Below the pieces are notes generated by a model. The model searched no databases. It saw only the letters and a list, made by a program, of their open reading frames with translations, and was not told the DNA's origin. From a virus (lineage: Duplodnaviria > Heunggongvirae > Uroviricota > Caudoviricetes): a DNA stretch of 18,978 nucleotides. The translations under genes and the position numbers were made by a program. Of the stretch, positions 7,597-15,243 are shown one piece after another; the first letter of the stretch is position 1; every line of letters starts with the position of its first letter. The stretch is from IMG/VR virus record IMGVR_UViG_2657245081_000003, one strand, 5' to 3'.

Positions 7597-8294
7597 ACAC
7601 TTGCTCCTTTCAGCCCAAACTTCGCTTTGATTTCTGCGATCTTCGCCAGAGCCTGAACACGATTAAGCGGTCTCCCGCCCATGACAGGAAGTTGTTTTAC
7701 TGGTTCAGGTATCGCCTCACCACGGTTAATTCGCGCTGTCATACAGGCCAGTTCATCGGCAGCCTTGCGCCGTAATTCCGCATCAGTCAGCGCATTGGCC
7801 CGCATGTTCTGATACAGGTTGGTAACCAGCCAGTAGTGCGCGTTTGATTTCCACGGATAAGACTCTGCATCTGGATACAGGCCACGTTTCCGGCAATACT
7901 CGTAAACCATATCAACCAGCTCGCTGGCGTTTGGCAGCCCGGCGGTAACGGATGCTTCTTCCCGGCACCAGGCAACAAACTGCCCGGGTGATGGCAGGAA
8001 TGGTCGATTCTGCCGACGGGCTACGCGCATTCCTGCGTTAACCTGTTCCATCGTGGTGATCCCGTTTTCCCGGAAAGCCAGAACCCACTGGCGGCGGATT
8101 TCGTTCAGTTCGTTCTGGTCCCGGTTAGCCAGGCTCGCCGGGAAAGTTGCCAGTAACTGGCTGAACACACCATTGATGATCTGCGCTACCTGTTGTACCT
8201 GCGGCTTTTCGTCGTACTGTTCCGGCATGTTGTTGGCGATCCGGCGCATCTGCTCACGGTCAAAGTTAACCATCTGTGCGGCGATGTTTTTCAT
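7593..8294 (-). CDS. P: Replication protein P (DnaB helicase loader)
   Basis: Translation MKNIAAQMVNFDREQMRRIANNMPEQYDEKPQVQQVAQIINGVFSQLLATFPASLANRDQNELNEIRRQWVLAFRENGITTMEQVNAGMRVARRQNRPF... ...AKFGLKGASV is near-identical to lambda P from memory (233 aa). Confidence 0.95.
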   Translation of the reverse strand: MKNIAAQMVNFDREQMRRIANNMPEQYDEKPQVQQVAQIINGVFSQLLATFPASLANRDQNELNEIRRQWVLAFRENGITTMEQVNAGMRVARRQNRPFLPSPGQFVAWCREEASVTAGLPNASELVDMVYEYCRKRGLYPDAESYPWKSNAHYWLVTNLYQNMRANALTDAELRRKAADELACMTARINRGEAIPEPVKQLPVMGGRPLNRVQALAKIAEIKAKFGLKGASV

Positions 8295-9220
8295 AAATCC
8301 ACCCCGTAAATCCAGTCAGTGTTTGTCAGGTCGAGTTTTGATTTTCCGGCTATCACGCCAGCCTGTTGCTTGTTACGGTTGATTTCGAGTTGGGTCCACT
8401 TGTCGCGGAGTTTGGCCGGACTTAGCACGTTACCGGACCAGAAGTTGTCCTGGCATGCCCAGCGGAACAGCACGCACATGTCGCGGTGGTTACGGCCGTC
8501 ACGTTCACGCATCAGGCGGATATCGTTAGCCCACCCTGCAAAATTCGGTTTTCTGGCTGATGGCGCGATGGTCTTCACCATGTCAAACATCCACTCTGCG
8601 GCGGTCAGGTCTTCTGCTGTCCCCCACCTGCTGCCGCTCTGAATTGCAGCATCTGGTTTCTCCACAGGAAGATCGTTTTCTGGTTGGTCAGAGGATTCGC
8701 CAGAATTCTCGGACGAAAAAGGTTTTATATTGTCTTTTGTTAGTTTGTATTTTGTGTTTACCTGATTCGGGTAAGTGCCTTTACCTGATTTGGGTAAACT
8801 TTTCTTACCTGATTCAGGTAAATTTACCTCTTTCAGGTAAACTTTATTTTTCTTACCTGATTCGGGTAATGTTGACCATTCACTGACCACATTATTAATG
8901 CCGATATTCCGCCCGCTCTGAATAAAAATCCCACGCTTTACCAGAACACTTTTTGCAGCAGAACACTTGTGCGGCAATATCCCGGTCAACTCGGAAAGTT
9001 GCTCGTTGCTCACCCAATCCAGTTTTTTATTAAAGCCATATGTTTTGCGCATGACAGCCAGGAAGACCAGAAGCTGGTGCTGTGTTAATCCGGCCAGCAT
9101 CACAGCTTCCAGCAACTCATTTGCAATGCGCGTATAACCATCATCGAGATCTGCCACGCGCGGCTCCTTTTGTGCCGCATCCGGCACTGGAAAATTGAAT
9201 ATCTCAGCAGTGTTTGCCAT
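8291..9220 (-). CDS. O: Replication initiator O (origin-binding protein); the gene contains the origin iterons
   Basis: Start chosen at MANTAEIFNFPVPD... (ATG 9220, SD GGGAGG upstream) rather than the longer track ORF. The C-terminal half ...AAEWMFDMVKTIAPSARKPNFAGWANDIRLMRERDGRNHRDMCVLFRWACQDNFWSGNVLSPAKLRDKWTQLEINRNKQQ... is lambda-O-like from memory. The repeated LPESGKK peptide is encoded by the iterons. Confidence 0.9.
   Translation of the reverse strand: MANTAEIFNFPVPDAAQKEPRVADLDDGYTRIANELLEAVMLAGLTQHQLLVFLAVMRKTYGFNKKLDWVSNEQLSELTGILPHKCSAAKSVLVKRGIFIQSGRNIGINNVVSEWSTLPESGKKNKVYLKEVNLPESGKKSLPKSGKGTYPNQVNTKYKLTKDNIKPFSSENSGESSDQPENDLPVEKPDAAIQSGSRWGTAEDLTAAEWMFDMVKTIAPSARKPNFAGWANDIRLMRERDGRNHRDMCVLFRWACQDNFWSGNVLSPAKLRDKWTQLEINRNKQQAGVIAGKSKLDLTNTDWIYGVDL
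8748..8859. repeat. Origin of replication iterons: five ~17-bp dyad-symmetric repeats (consensus TTACCTGATTCGGGTAA) inside the O gene, flanked by an AT-rich tract (8700-8747)
   Basis: Copies start at 8748, 8771, 8795, 8814 and 8843 (TTACCTGATTCGGGTAA, TTACCTGATTTGGGTAA, TTACCTGATTCAGGTAA, TTACCTCTTTCAGGTAA, TTACCTGATTCGGGTAA). Relative to O transcription the AT-rich region is downstream of the iterons, as in ori-lambda. Confidence 0.8.
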
Positions 9221-9306
9221 AATTCCTCCCGCAATGAGTGTGTTACGATTTGCACCTGAAAGTCGGTTCTGTTCCCGCAGACCGACTTTCGCCATTTCTG
9301 AACCTG

Positions 9307-9846
9307 TCATATTGCCCCCAGCATGGTGGTCACCATCGCCATTAATGGACCAGCCAGATCCGGGTCCACACGAAACATCGACACAATACCTTCACTCATT
9401 TCCTTCAGTTTCTGGTGGCGTGGTGCGTTGAGAATGACAGCCTGTTTTGCCTCACTGAGTTCCTTTTCCATTTCAGCCAACCGAGTCATGAAGCTATCCT
9501 GCTCAACCAGGTAACCGCGATATTCCAGCGGTAGTACCGCCAGAATTGCCGGGGTCAGTTCACGCACGTTATTTCGGTATTTTTCAGAATCGAATTTGTT
9601 ATCGAGGAAGCGGAACAGCTTCTGGCGTGCACGGCTGACATCATCAGGGAAATCGATGGTGCCGTCGCCCTGCTCCCGATACTCATTCACAATGAGTGCG
9701 GCAACGACATCCTGATTATCTACAGCCGACCAGGCGCGGACGGCATCACGGATTTTTTCGTGGCCTGGAGCTTGTTTTGTTTGAGAACGATTTATCACCG
9801 CAGTCGGAATAAATCCGCTAGTCTGTTGGTATGTAAGTGGTTGCAT
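9307..9846 (-). CDS. Regulator at the cII position (179 aa); possibly a YdaT-like functional analogue of CII
   Basis: Strong SD AAGGAG 7 nt upstream of the ATG. Located between cro and O where lambda has cII, but about twice cII's size and not lambda-CII-like in sequence. The YdaT assignment is inferred from the YdaS-like cro upstream and is not verified. Confidence 0.55.
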   Translation of the reverse strand: MQPLTYQQTSGFIPTAVINRSQTKQAPGHEKIRDAVRAWSAVDNQDVVAALIVNEYREQGDGTIDFPDDVSRARQKLFRFLDNKFDSEKYRNNVRELTPAILAVLPLEYRGYLVEQDSFMTRLAEMEKELSEAKQAVILNAPRHQKLKEMSEGIVSMFRVDPDLAGPLMAMVTTMLGAI

Positions 9847-9915
9847 AATTGACTCCTTTAGTTTGAATTGACTGTTAAGTTGATTGCTTATTGTTAAAGA
9901 GCGTGAAATGGAAAT

Positions 9916-10146
9916 TTAAGCTGCGTTCTTTTCGGTGTGTGGAAACAACTTCGGAAGATCCGGGCGAATCTGGTATGCCTTCACAACTCCACCAGTAGCC
10001 GTAACAATGCTGCCGACATGTTCAGGGGATACCTTTGCTTTGTTGTGAAGCCACTTATAGACGGCCTGCTGTGAAACTTCGCAGGCATCGCCTAGTTTCT
10101 TTTGTGAACCAACGATATTGATCGCTGTTTTGATTGCTGGGTTCAT
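9916..10146 (-). CDS. cro: Cro-like repressor (YdaS/DUF1019-type HTH)
   Basis: Translation MNPAIKTAINIVGSQKKLGDACEVSQQAVYKWLHNKAKVSPEHVGSIVTATGGVVKAYQIRPDLPKLF... has the HTH core GSQKKLGDACEVSQQAVYKW. Divergent from cI across the operator region; SD GGAGG. Confidence 0.8.
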   Translation of the reverse strand: MNPAIKTAINIVGSQKKLGDACEVSQQAVYKWLHNKAKVSPEHVGSIVTATGGVVKAYQIRPDLPKLFPHTEKNAA

Positions 10147-10250
10147 AACAACCTCCGTGGTTAATCCGAATAAAGATTAAAACTATGGTTGTTTTTAGTC
10201 AACAACCATTTTCGTTTGATGAAATAAAACCTTGGTTGTACATTTGATCT
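10147..10250. promoter_or_regulatory. Immunity control region (OR): divergent pR/pRM candidates and operator palindromes
   Basis: Palindrome ATGGTTGTT-N7-AACAACCAT at 10185-10209, with further GGTTGT/ACAACC half-sites at 10147-10160 and 10233-10240. Candidate pR on the - strand: -35 TTGACT (10197-10202), 17-bp spacer, -10 TAATCT (10174-10179). Candidate pRM on the + strand: -35 TTGATG (10216-10221), -10 TACATT (10239-10244), which would give a leaderless cI mRNA starting at the ATG, as for lambda pRM. Confidence 0.55.
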
Positions 10251-10940
10251 ATGAAAACAACACTCTCAGAAAGACTTAAAGAAGCCAGATTAGCGCGAGG
10301 CCTTACACAAAAGGCGCTTGGGGATTTGGTCGGGGTTAGCCAGGCTGCTATTCAGAAAATCGAAACAGGGAAAGCTAACCAAACAACTAAAATCGTGGAG
10401 ATCGCGAACGCTTTGGGTGTGCGCGCAGAATGGTTATCTTCTGGCGTTGGAAATATGTCAGACAGTACAGTGCAACCAATACAATCAACTGTCAGCCATT
10501 CCAAATACTTCAAAATTGACGTTCTTGATATAGAAGTCAGTGCCGGGCCAGGTGTAATCAACCGTGAGTTTGTAGAAGTTCTACGCTCGGTTGAGTACTC
10601 GTTTGACGATGCTCGTCACATGTTCGATGGCAGGAAGGCGGAAAATATCCGCATCATTAACGTGCGAGGTGACAGCATGTCAGGGACGATCGAACCAGGT
10701 GACCTGCTGTTCGTTGATATCACTGTTAAATCTTTCGACGGTGATGGCATCTATGCGTTTCTGTACGACGACACTGCCCATGTAAAACGTCTTCAAATGA
10801 TGAAGGATAAGCTGCTGGTTATCTCTGATAACAAGAGCTACTCGCCGTGGGACCCGATCGAGAAAGACGAGATGAACCGGGTGTTCATATTCGGTAAGGT
10901 CATTGGAAGCATGCCGCAGACGTACAGGAAGCATGGTTAA
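10251..10940 (+). CDS. cI: CI prophage repressor (N-terminal HTH, C-terminal LexA-like S24 autopeptidase domain)
   Basis: Translation MKTTLSERLKEARLARGLTQKALGDLVGVSQAAIQKIETGKANQ... has an HTH, then a linker, then the S24 motifs RGDSMSGTIEPGDLLFVD and HVKRL (Ser/Lys dyad). Confidence 0.9.
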   Translation: MKTTLSERLKEARLARGLTQKALGDLVGVSQAAIQKIETGKANQTTKIVEIANALGVRAEWLSSGVGNMSDSTVQPIQSTVSHSKYFKIDVLDIEVSAGPGVINREFVEVLRSVEYSFDDARHMFDGRKAENIRIINVRGDSMSGTIEPGDLLFVDITVKSFDGDGIYAFLYDDTAHVKRLQMMKDKLLVISDNKSYSPWDPIEKDEMNRVFIFGKVIGSMPQTYRKHG

Positions 10941-11148
10941 TTTATCTACGACTTAAGGGAGCGAAGGTTAAGGTTTATACCACTCGGATTAGATATTGCA
11001 CTAAATTCTCTATAAGAACGCCAAATCTGTTTGCATATTTCAGTAAATATTCTCGTTGTTAGCTGAGATTTGTTGCTACTGTCAGCAAAATGTCCCCCTA
11101 TCTCGTAGCGGTTTTTATTTCGAATCATTATGTTAAGATGTTTCTGAT

Positions 11149-11154
11149 TATAAT
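11149..11154 (+). promoter_or_regulatory. Perfect -10 hexamer TATAAT 16 bp upstream of the lipoprotein ATG (candidate independent promoter; -35 weak)
   Basis: Read directly. No good -35 at 17 bp, so activity is uncertain; the gene could instead be co-transcribed with cI. Confidence 0.3.
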
Positions 11155-11169
11155 GAATGGAAACATAAA

Positions 11170-11550
11170 ATGAGAAAAATCCTAATCGCTGCCATGATGG
11201 CATCTGTATTGGCTGGGTGTGCTTCTTCAGGCAACCAGCAACTCAAAAATGAAACTGAAATTAGTGTCCAGTCTAAACTTCAGGAAGGTAAAACAACCAA
11301 GAATGAGGTTAAATCTTACTTTGGTTCTCCTGATGCTGTTTCATATACTGACAGTGGAAACGAGATCTGGAAGTACGCCTTTGCAAAAGTAAAAGTTAAT
11401 GGCACCACTTTTATTCCATTCTATGGATTATTCCATAATGGAACGAACGGTACGAAAAAAGAACTTACTATTCTTTTTAACGATGACACGATTAAGAAAT
11501 ACACAATGTCAGAAACCCAAATAAACTCGAAATCAGGTTGGGCTGACTGA
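11170..11550 (+). CDS. Lipoprotein (126 aa), AT-rich moron at the rexAB position downstream of cI; possible BamE/SmpA-OmlA-like fold; candidate superinfection-exclusion factor
   Basis: Translation MRKILIAAMMASVLAGCASSGNQQ... has a signal peptide with lipobox LAGC; the mature part is hydrophilic. Followed directly by a rho-independent terminator. Confidence 0.75.
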   Translation: MRKILIAAMMASVLAGCASSGNQQLKNETEISVQSKLQEGKTTKNEVKSYFGSPDAVSYTDSGNEIWKYAFAKVKVNGTTFIPFYGLFHNGTNGTKKELTILFNDDTIKKYTMSETQINSKSGWAD

Positions 11551-11557
11551 TAATCAT

Positions 11558-11584
11558 ACCCGGCAACCGCGCCGGGTTTTCTTT
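11558..11584 (+). terminator. Rho-independent terminator (CCCGGC-aaccgc-GCCGGG + TTTTCTTTTCC)
   Basis: Read directly, 8 nt after the lipoprotein stop. Confidence 0.75.
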
Positions 11585-11710
11585 TCCTCCCCCTCATAAC
11601 TCATACCGTCCAAAAAACCACCACACCTCACTTCAGTTATCGCTATGCGATGCAAGTCACAAAATAAATCCATCCTAAATACAACCAGTTATATTTAAAA
11701 CAACCGACAA

Positions 11711-11753
11711 AACAACTTTTGTTGTTGACGATAAAACAACTATAGTTTTAAAT
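11711..11753 (+). promoter_or_regulatory. Candidate pL/OL: palindrome AACAAC-tttt-GTTGTT overlapping -35 TTGACG (11724-11729), 17-bp spacer, -10 TTAAAT (11748-11753)
   Basis: Read directly; it shares the AACAAC/GTTGTT half-site with the OR region, as expected for CI operators. Confidence 0.45.
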
Positions 11754-11860
11754 TAAATTCATCGCAACGACACAACGATACGGTAACCACCTGTTTCACC
11801 GTTGCGATGACCGCTTAGATCCGCAGTTTGAATTTCAGCAGGCTTCGGGGAGTGCGAGGG

Positions 11861-12238
11861 GTGAAACGGACGCGTGAACGTCGGTGTGACCAGCTGAAAT
11901 CAACACAACACTTTATACCTCAGTCGCTTCAACGAGGCGGCTTAGTTATGACAACCGGCGGCCATCCACCGCCTGAATACGCGCAGAAGTCTCTATATGT
12001 TCAGCAGCCCAGCTTACGGGCAGGAGTTTTTATGGTTCATCAACATTACGGAACGCAGACCGTTAATCGCGGTGCGGTCATGCCAGGAATGCTGGTCAAA
12101 CACAAAGATGGTACCTGGACTGCATCAGCTAATTTACGCGGACGGCTTTATCTGCATCGCGGCATCGAGCGCACTTATACCCGTGATTTGCTCGTAGAAG
12201 TTTTTCTCGACGGACGCGGTAACGGCCTGAATCACTAA
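11861..12238 (+). CDS. N-position early protein, putative N-like antiterminator (GTG start; alternative ATG start at 11948 gives 96 aa)
   Basis: First gene downstream of candidate pL. From GTG 11861 (SD GGGGAG 9 nt upstream) the N-terminus is [13 protein letters not shown], an arginine-rich stretch resembling the N-protein ARM (lambda TRRRERR). The rest is not recognisably N-like. Confidence 0.4.
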   Translation: MKRTRERRCDQLKSTQHFIPQSLQRGGLVMTTGGHPPPEYAQKSLYVQQPSLRAGVFMVHQHYGTQTVNRGAVMPGMLVKHKDGTWTASANLRGRLYLHRGIERTYTRDLLVEVFLDGRGNGLNH

Positions 12239-12313
12239 TCCCCTTTCCTGTTTTCCTAATCAGCCTGGCATTTCGCGGGCGATATTTTCACAGCCATTTT
12301 CAGGAGTTCAGCC

Positions 12314-12610
12314 ATGAACGCTTATTACATTCAGGATCGTCTTGAGGCTCAGAGCTGGGCGCGTCACTACCAGCAGATCGCCCGTGAAGAGAAAGAGGCA
12401 GAACTGGCAGACGACATGGAAAAAGGCCTGCCCCAGCACCTGTTTGAATCGCTATGCATCGATCATTTGCAACGCCACGGGGTCAGCAAAAAAGCCATTA
12501 CCCGTGCGTTTGATGACGATGTTGAGTTTCAGGAGCGCATGGCAGAACACATCCGGTACATGGTTGAAACCATTGCTCACCACCAGGTTGATATTGATTC
12601 AGAGGTATAA
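12314..12610 (+). CDS. gam: Gam (RecBCD inhibitor), short GamS-length form
   Basis: Translation [56 protein letters not shown]... ...[10 protein letters not shown] matches lambda Gam from memory. The upstream in-frame region is closed by a TAA at 12257-12259. Confidence 0.9.
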   Translation: MNAYYIQDRLEAQSWARHYQQIAREEKEAELADDMEKGLPQHLFESLCIDHLQRHGVSKKAITRAFDDDVEFQERMAEHIRYMVETIAHHQVDIDSEV

Positions 12611-12615
12611 AACGG

Positions 12616-13401
12616 ATGAGTACAGCACTCGCAACGCTGGCTGGGAAGCTGGCTGAACGAGTCGGCATGGATTCTGTCGACCCACAGGAACTGATCACCA
12701 CTCTTCGCCAGACGGCATTTAAAGGTGATGCCAGCGATGCGCAGTTCATCGCATTGCTGATCGTCGCCAACCAGTACGGTCTTAATCCGTGGACGAAAGA
12801 AATTTACGCCTTCCCTGATAAGCAGAACGGCATCGTTCCGGTGGTGGGCGTTGATGGCTGGTCCCGCATCATCAACGAAAACCAGCAGTTTGACGGCATG
12901 GACTTTGAACAGGACAACGAATCCTGCACATGCCGGATTTACCGCAAAGACCGCAATCATCCGATCTGCGTTACCGAGTGGATGGATGAATGCCGCCGCG
13001 AACCATTCAAAACCCGCGAAGGCAGAGAAATCACGGGGCCGTGGCAGTCGCATCCCAAACGGATGTTACGGCATAAAGCCATGATTCAGTGTGCCCGTCT
13101 GGCCTTCGGATTTGCTGGTATCTATGACAAGGATGAAGCCGAGCGCATTGTCGAAAATACTGCATACACTGCAGAACGTCAGCCGGAACGCGACATCACT
13201 CCGGTTAACGATGAAACCATGCAGGAGATTAACACTCTGCTGATCGCCCTGGATAAAACATGGGATGACGACTTATTGCCGCTCTGTTCCCAGATATTTC
13301 GCCGCGACATTCGCGCATCGTCAGAACTGACACAGGCCGAAGCAGTGAAAGCTCTTGGATTCCTTAAACAGAAAGCCACTGAGCAGAAGGTGGCAGCATG
13401 A
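12616..13401 (+). CDS. bet: Bet (Red-beta single-strand annealing protein)
   Basis: The 261-aa translation [82 protein letters not shown]... is essentially identical to lambda Bet from memory. Confidence 0.95.
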   Translation: MSTALATLAGKLAERVGMDSVDPQELITTLRQTAFKGDASDAQFIALLIVANQYGLNPWTKEIYAFPDKQNGIVPVVGVDGWSRIINENQQFDGMDFEQDNESCTCRIYRKDRNHPICVTEWMDECRREPFKTREGREITGPWQSHPKRMLRHKAMIQCARLAFGFAGIYDKDEAERIVENTAYTAERQPERDITPVNDETMQEINTLLIALDKTWDDDLLPLCSQIFRRDIRASSELTQAEAVKALGFLKQKATEQKVAA

Positions 13402-14078
13402 CACCGGACATTATCCTGCAGCGTACCGGGATCGACGTGAGAGTTGTCGAACAGGGGGATGATGCATGGCACAAATTACGGCTCGGCGTCATCACCGCTT
13501 CAGAAGTTCACAACGTGATAGCAAAGCCCCGCTCAGGAAAGAAGTGGCCTGACATGAAAATGTCCTACTTCCACACCCTGCTGGCTGAGGTTTGCACCGG
13601 TGTGGCTCCGGAAGTTAATGCTAAGGCGCTGGCCTGGGGAAAACAGTACGAGAACGACGCCAGAACCCTGTTTGAATTCACTTCCGGCGTGAATATTACT
13701 GAATCCCCGATCATCTATCGCGACGAAAATATGCGCACCGCCTGCTCTCCCGATGGTTTATGCAGTGACGGCAACGGCCTTGAACTGAAATGCCCGTTTA
13801 CCTCCCGGGATTTCATGAAATTCCGGCTCGGTGGTTTCGAGGCAATAAAATCGGCTTACATGGCCCAGGTGCAGTACAGCATGTGGGTGACGCGAAAAGA
13901 TGCCTGGTACTTTGCCAACTATGACCCGCGCATGAAGCGTGAAGGCCTGCATTACGTCGTGGTTGAGCGGAATGAAAAGTACATGGCGAGTTTTGACGAG
14001 ATGGTGCCGGAGTTCATCGAAAAAATGGACGAGGCACTGGCTGAAATTGGTTTTGTATATGGGGAGCAATGGCAATGA
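13398..14078 (+). CDS. exo: Exo (Red-alpha 5'-3' exonuclease)
   Basis: The 226-aa translation [65 protein letters not shown]... matches lambda Exo; overlaps the bet stop as in lambda. Confidence 0.95.
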   Translation: MTPDIILQRTGIDVRVVEQGDDAWHKLRLGVITASEVHNVIAKPRSGKKWPDMKMSYFHTLLAEVCTGVAPEVNAKALAWGKQYENDARTLFEFTSGVNITESPIIYRDENMRTACSPDGLCSDGNGLELKCPFTSRDFMKFRLGGFEAIKSAYMAQVQYSMWVTRKDAWYFANYDPRMKREGLHYVVVERNEKYMASFDEMVPEFIEKMDEALAEIGFVYGEQWQ

Positions 14079-14257
14079 AGCATCCTCACGATAATATCCG
14101 GGTAGGCGCGATCACTTTCGTCTACTCCGTTACAAAGCGAGGCTGGGTATTTCCCGGCCTTTCTGTTATCCGAAATCCGCTGAAAGCCCAGCGGCTGGCT
14201 GAGGAGATAAATAATAAACGGGGAGCTGTATGCACAAAGCATCTCCCGTTGAATTAA
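14075..14257 (+). CDS. Lambda orf60a-like small protein
   Basis: Translation [60 protein letters not shown]. The ATG overlaps the exo TGA (ATGA), as orf60a does with exo in lambda. Confidence 0.6.
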   Translation: MKHPHDNIRVGAITFVYSVTKRGWVFPGLSVIRNPLKAQRLAEEINNKRGAVCTKHLPLN

Positions 14258-14421
14258 GAACGAGTATCGAGATGGCACATAGCCTCGCTCAAATTGGAGT
14301 CAGGTTTGTGCCAATACCAGTAGAAACAGACGAAGAATTTCATACGTTAGCCGCATCCCTTTCACAAAAGCTGGAAATGATGGTGGCGAAAGCAGAAGCA
14401 GATGAGAGAGACCAGGTATGA
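14230..14421 (+). CDS. Lambda orf63-like small protein
   Basis: Translation [63 protein letters not shown]; position and size match lambda orf63. Confidence 0.6.
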   Translation: MHKASPVELRTSIEMAHSLAQIGVRFVPIPVETDEEFHTLAASLSQKLEMMVAKAEADERDQV

Positions 14422-14497
14422 CAACCACTGAATGCATTTTTCTGGCAGCGGGCTTCATATTCTGTGTGCTTATGCTTGCCGACATGGGGCTTGTTCA

Positions 14498-14713
14498 ATG
14501 ACACCTCAGCAAGAAAACGCCCTTCGCAGCATTGCCCGTCAGGCTAATTCTGAAATCAAAAAAGCCAGACAGCAGTTTCCGGATAAAAACGTCGATGACA
14601 TTTGCCGTAGCGTACTAAAGAAGCACCGCGAAACGGTAACGCTGATGGGATTCACACCGACTCATTTAAGCCTGGCGATCGGCATGTTGAACGGCGTCTT
14701 TAAGGAACGGTGA
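14498..14713 (+). CDS. Lambda orf61-like small protein
   Basis: Translation MTPQQENALRSIARQANSEIKKARQQFPDKNVDDICRSVLKKHRETVTLMGFTPTHLSLAIGMLNGVFKER. Start taken at the internal ATG; the longer track ORF begins at 14432. Confidence 0.55.
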   Translation: MTPQQENALRSIARQANSEIKKARQQFPDKNVDDICRSVLKKHRETVTLMGFTPTHLSLAIGMLNGVFKER

Positions 14714-14811
14714 ACATGAAAAGCAAAATCATCAGGGAGCTACAGGCTCCTTTTTTATTATTCGCATTCACCCTCAAGCGTATTAACCAACAATTCAGGG
14801 ATTAATGAAAG

Positions 14812-15033
14812 ATGGCAGACATAATTGATTCAGCATCAGAAATTGAAGAATTACAGCGCAACACAGCAATAAAAATGCGCCGCCTGAACCACCAGGCTAT
14901 ATCTGCCACTCATTGTTGTGAGTGTGGCGATCCGATAGATGAACGAAGACGACTGGCCGTTCAGGGTTGTCGGACTTGTGCCAGTTGCCAGCAAGATCTG
15001 GAGCTTATCAGTAAACAGAGAGGTTCGAAGTGA
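14812..15033 (+). CDS. TraR/DksA-family C4 zinc-finger protein (lambda orf73-like)
   Basis: 73 aa with a C-x2-C-x17-C-x2-C motif (CCECGDPIDERRRLAVQGCRTCASC), characteristic of the TraR/DksA RNA-polymerase-binding family. Confidence 0.8.
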   Translation: MADIIDSASEIEELQRNTAIKMRRLNHQAISATHCCECGDPIDERRRLAVQGCRTCASCQQDLELISKQRGSK

Positions 15034-15185
15034 GCGAAATTAACTAGAAGCCAAAGATAAAATCATCGCTGAGCAGGAGAAAATCGCTAACGGAGAAAAG
15101 ACAGTAAGTCAGTATATGAAAACCGCATGATATCATCAGATAAAAATCGGTCGTAAAGCGAAATATTAATACCAGAACAAACGAG

Positions 15186-15209
15186 TCGAGGTAAATTATA
15201 TTACCTCGA
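15186..15209. other. Hairpin (9-bp stem TCGAGGTAA / TTACCTCGA, 6-nt loop) between the convergent orf73-like and membrane-protein genes; no U-tract
   Basis: Read directly; it could be a factor-dependent terminator or a protein-binding dyad. Confidence 0.3.
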
Positions 15210-15243
15210 TAAATTAACTAAAACTTGCCCGCTATATACTATA

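Noticed and set aside
8748-8859. Repeat array as a possible CRISPR array
   Set aside because: Repeats are ~17 bp with irregular 2-12 bp spacing, lie inside the O coding sequence, and encode the repeated LPESGKK peptide. This is a replication-origin iteron array, not a CRISPR.
7169-8886. Track ORFs 7169..7357, 7578..7775, 7787..7978, 8053..8382, 8319..8642, 8560..8886
   Set aside because: Alternative or antisense frames within ren, P and O; the iteron repeats generate repetitive pseudo-ORFs in other frames.
9195-9514. ORFs 9195..9431 and 9323..9514 (+)
   Set aside because: Antisense to the O start and the CII-position gene, which have strong SD sequences on the - strand.
10318-11203. ORFs 10318..10533, 10352..10561, 10591..10785, 10680..10934, 10946..11203
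   Set aside because: Alternative or antisense frames of cI, whose HTH and S24 domains are clear. 10946..11203 is in the cI-lipoprotein spacer, overlaps the lipoprotein start and lacks start signals.
11812-11820. boxA-like CGCTTAGAT as a definitive nutL site
   Set aside because: It deviates from the CGCTCTTA consensus and no adjacent boxB-type 5-bp stem with GAAAA-type loop was found; kept only as a weak note under the pL finding.
11997-14485. ORFs 11997..12197, 12342..12656, 12498..12770, 12577..13053, 12851..13084, 13179..13472, 13758..14075, 13952..14278, 14300..14485
   Set aside because: Overlap the near-identical lambda gam/bet/exo/orf60a/orf63 genes in other frames or antisense.
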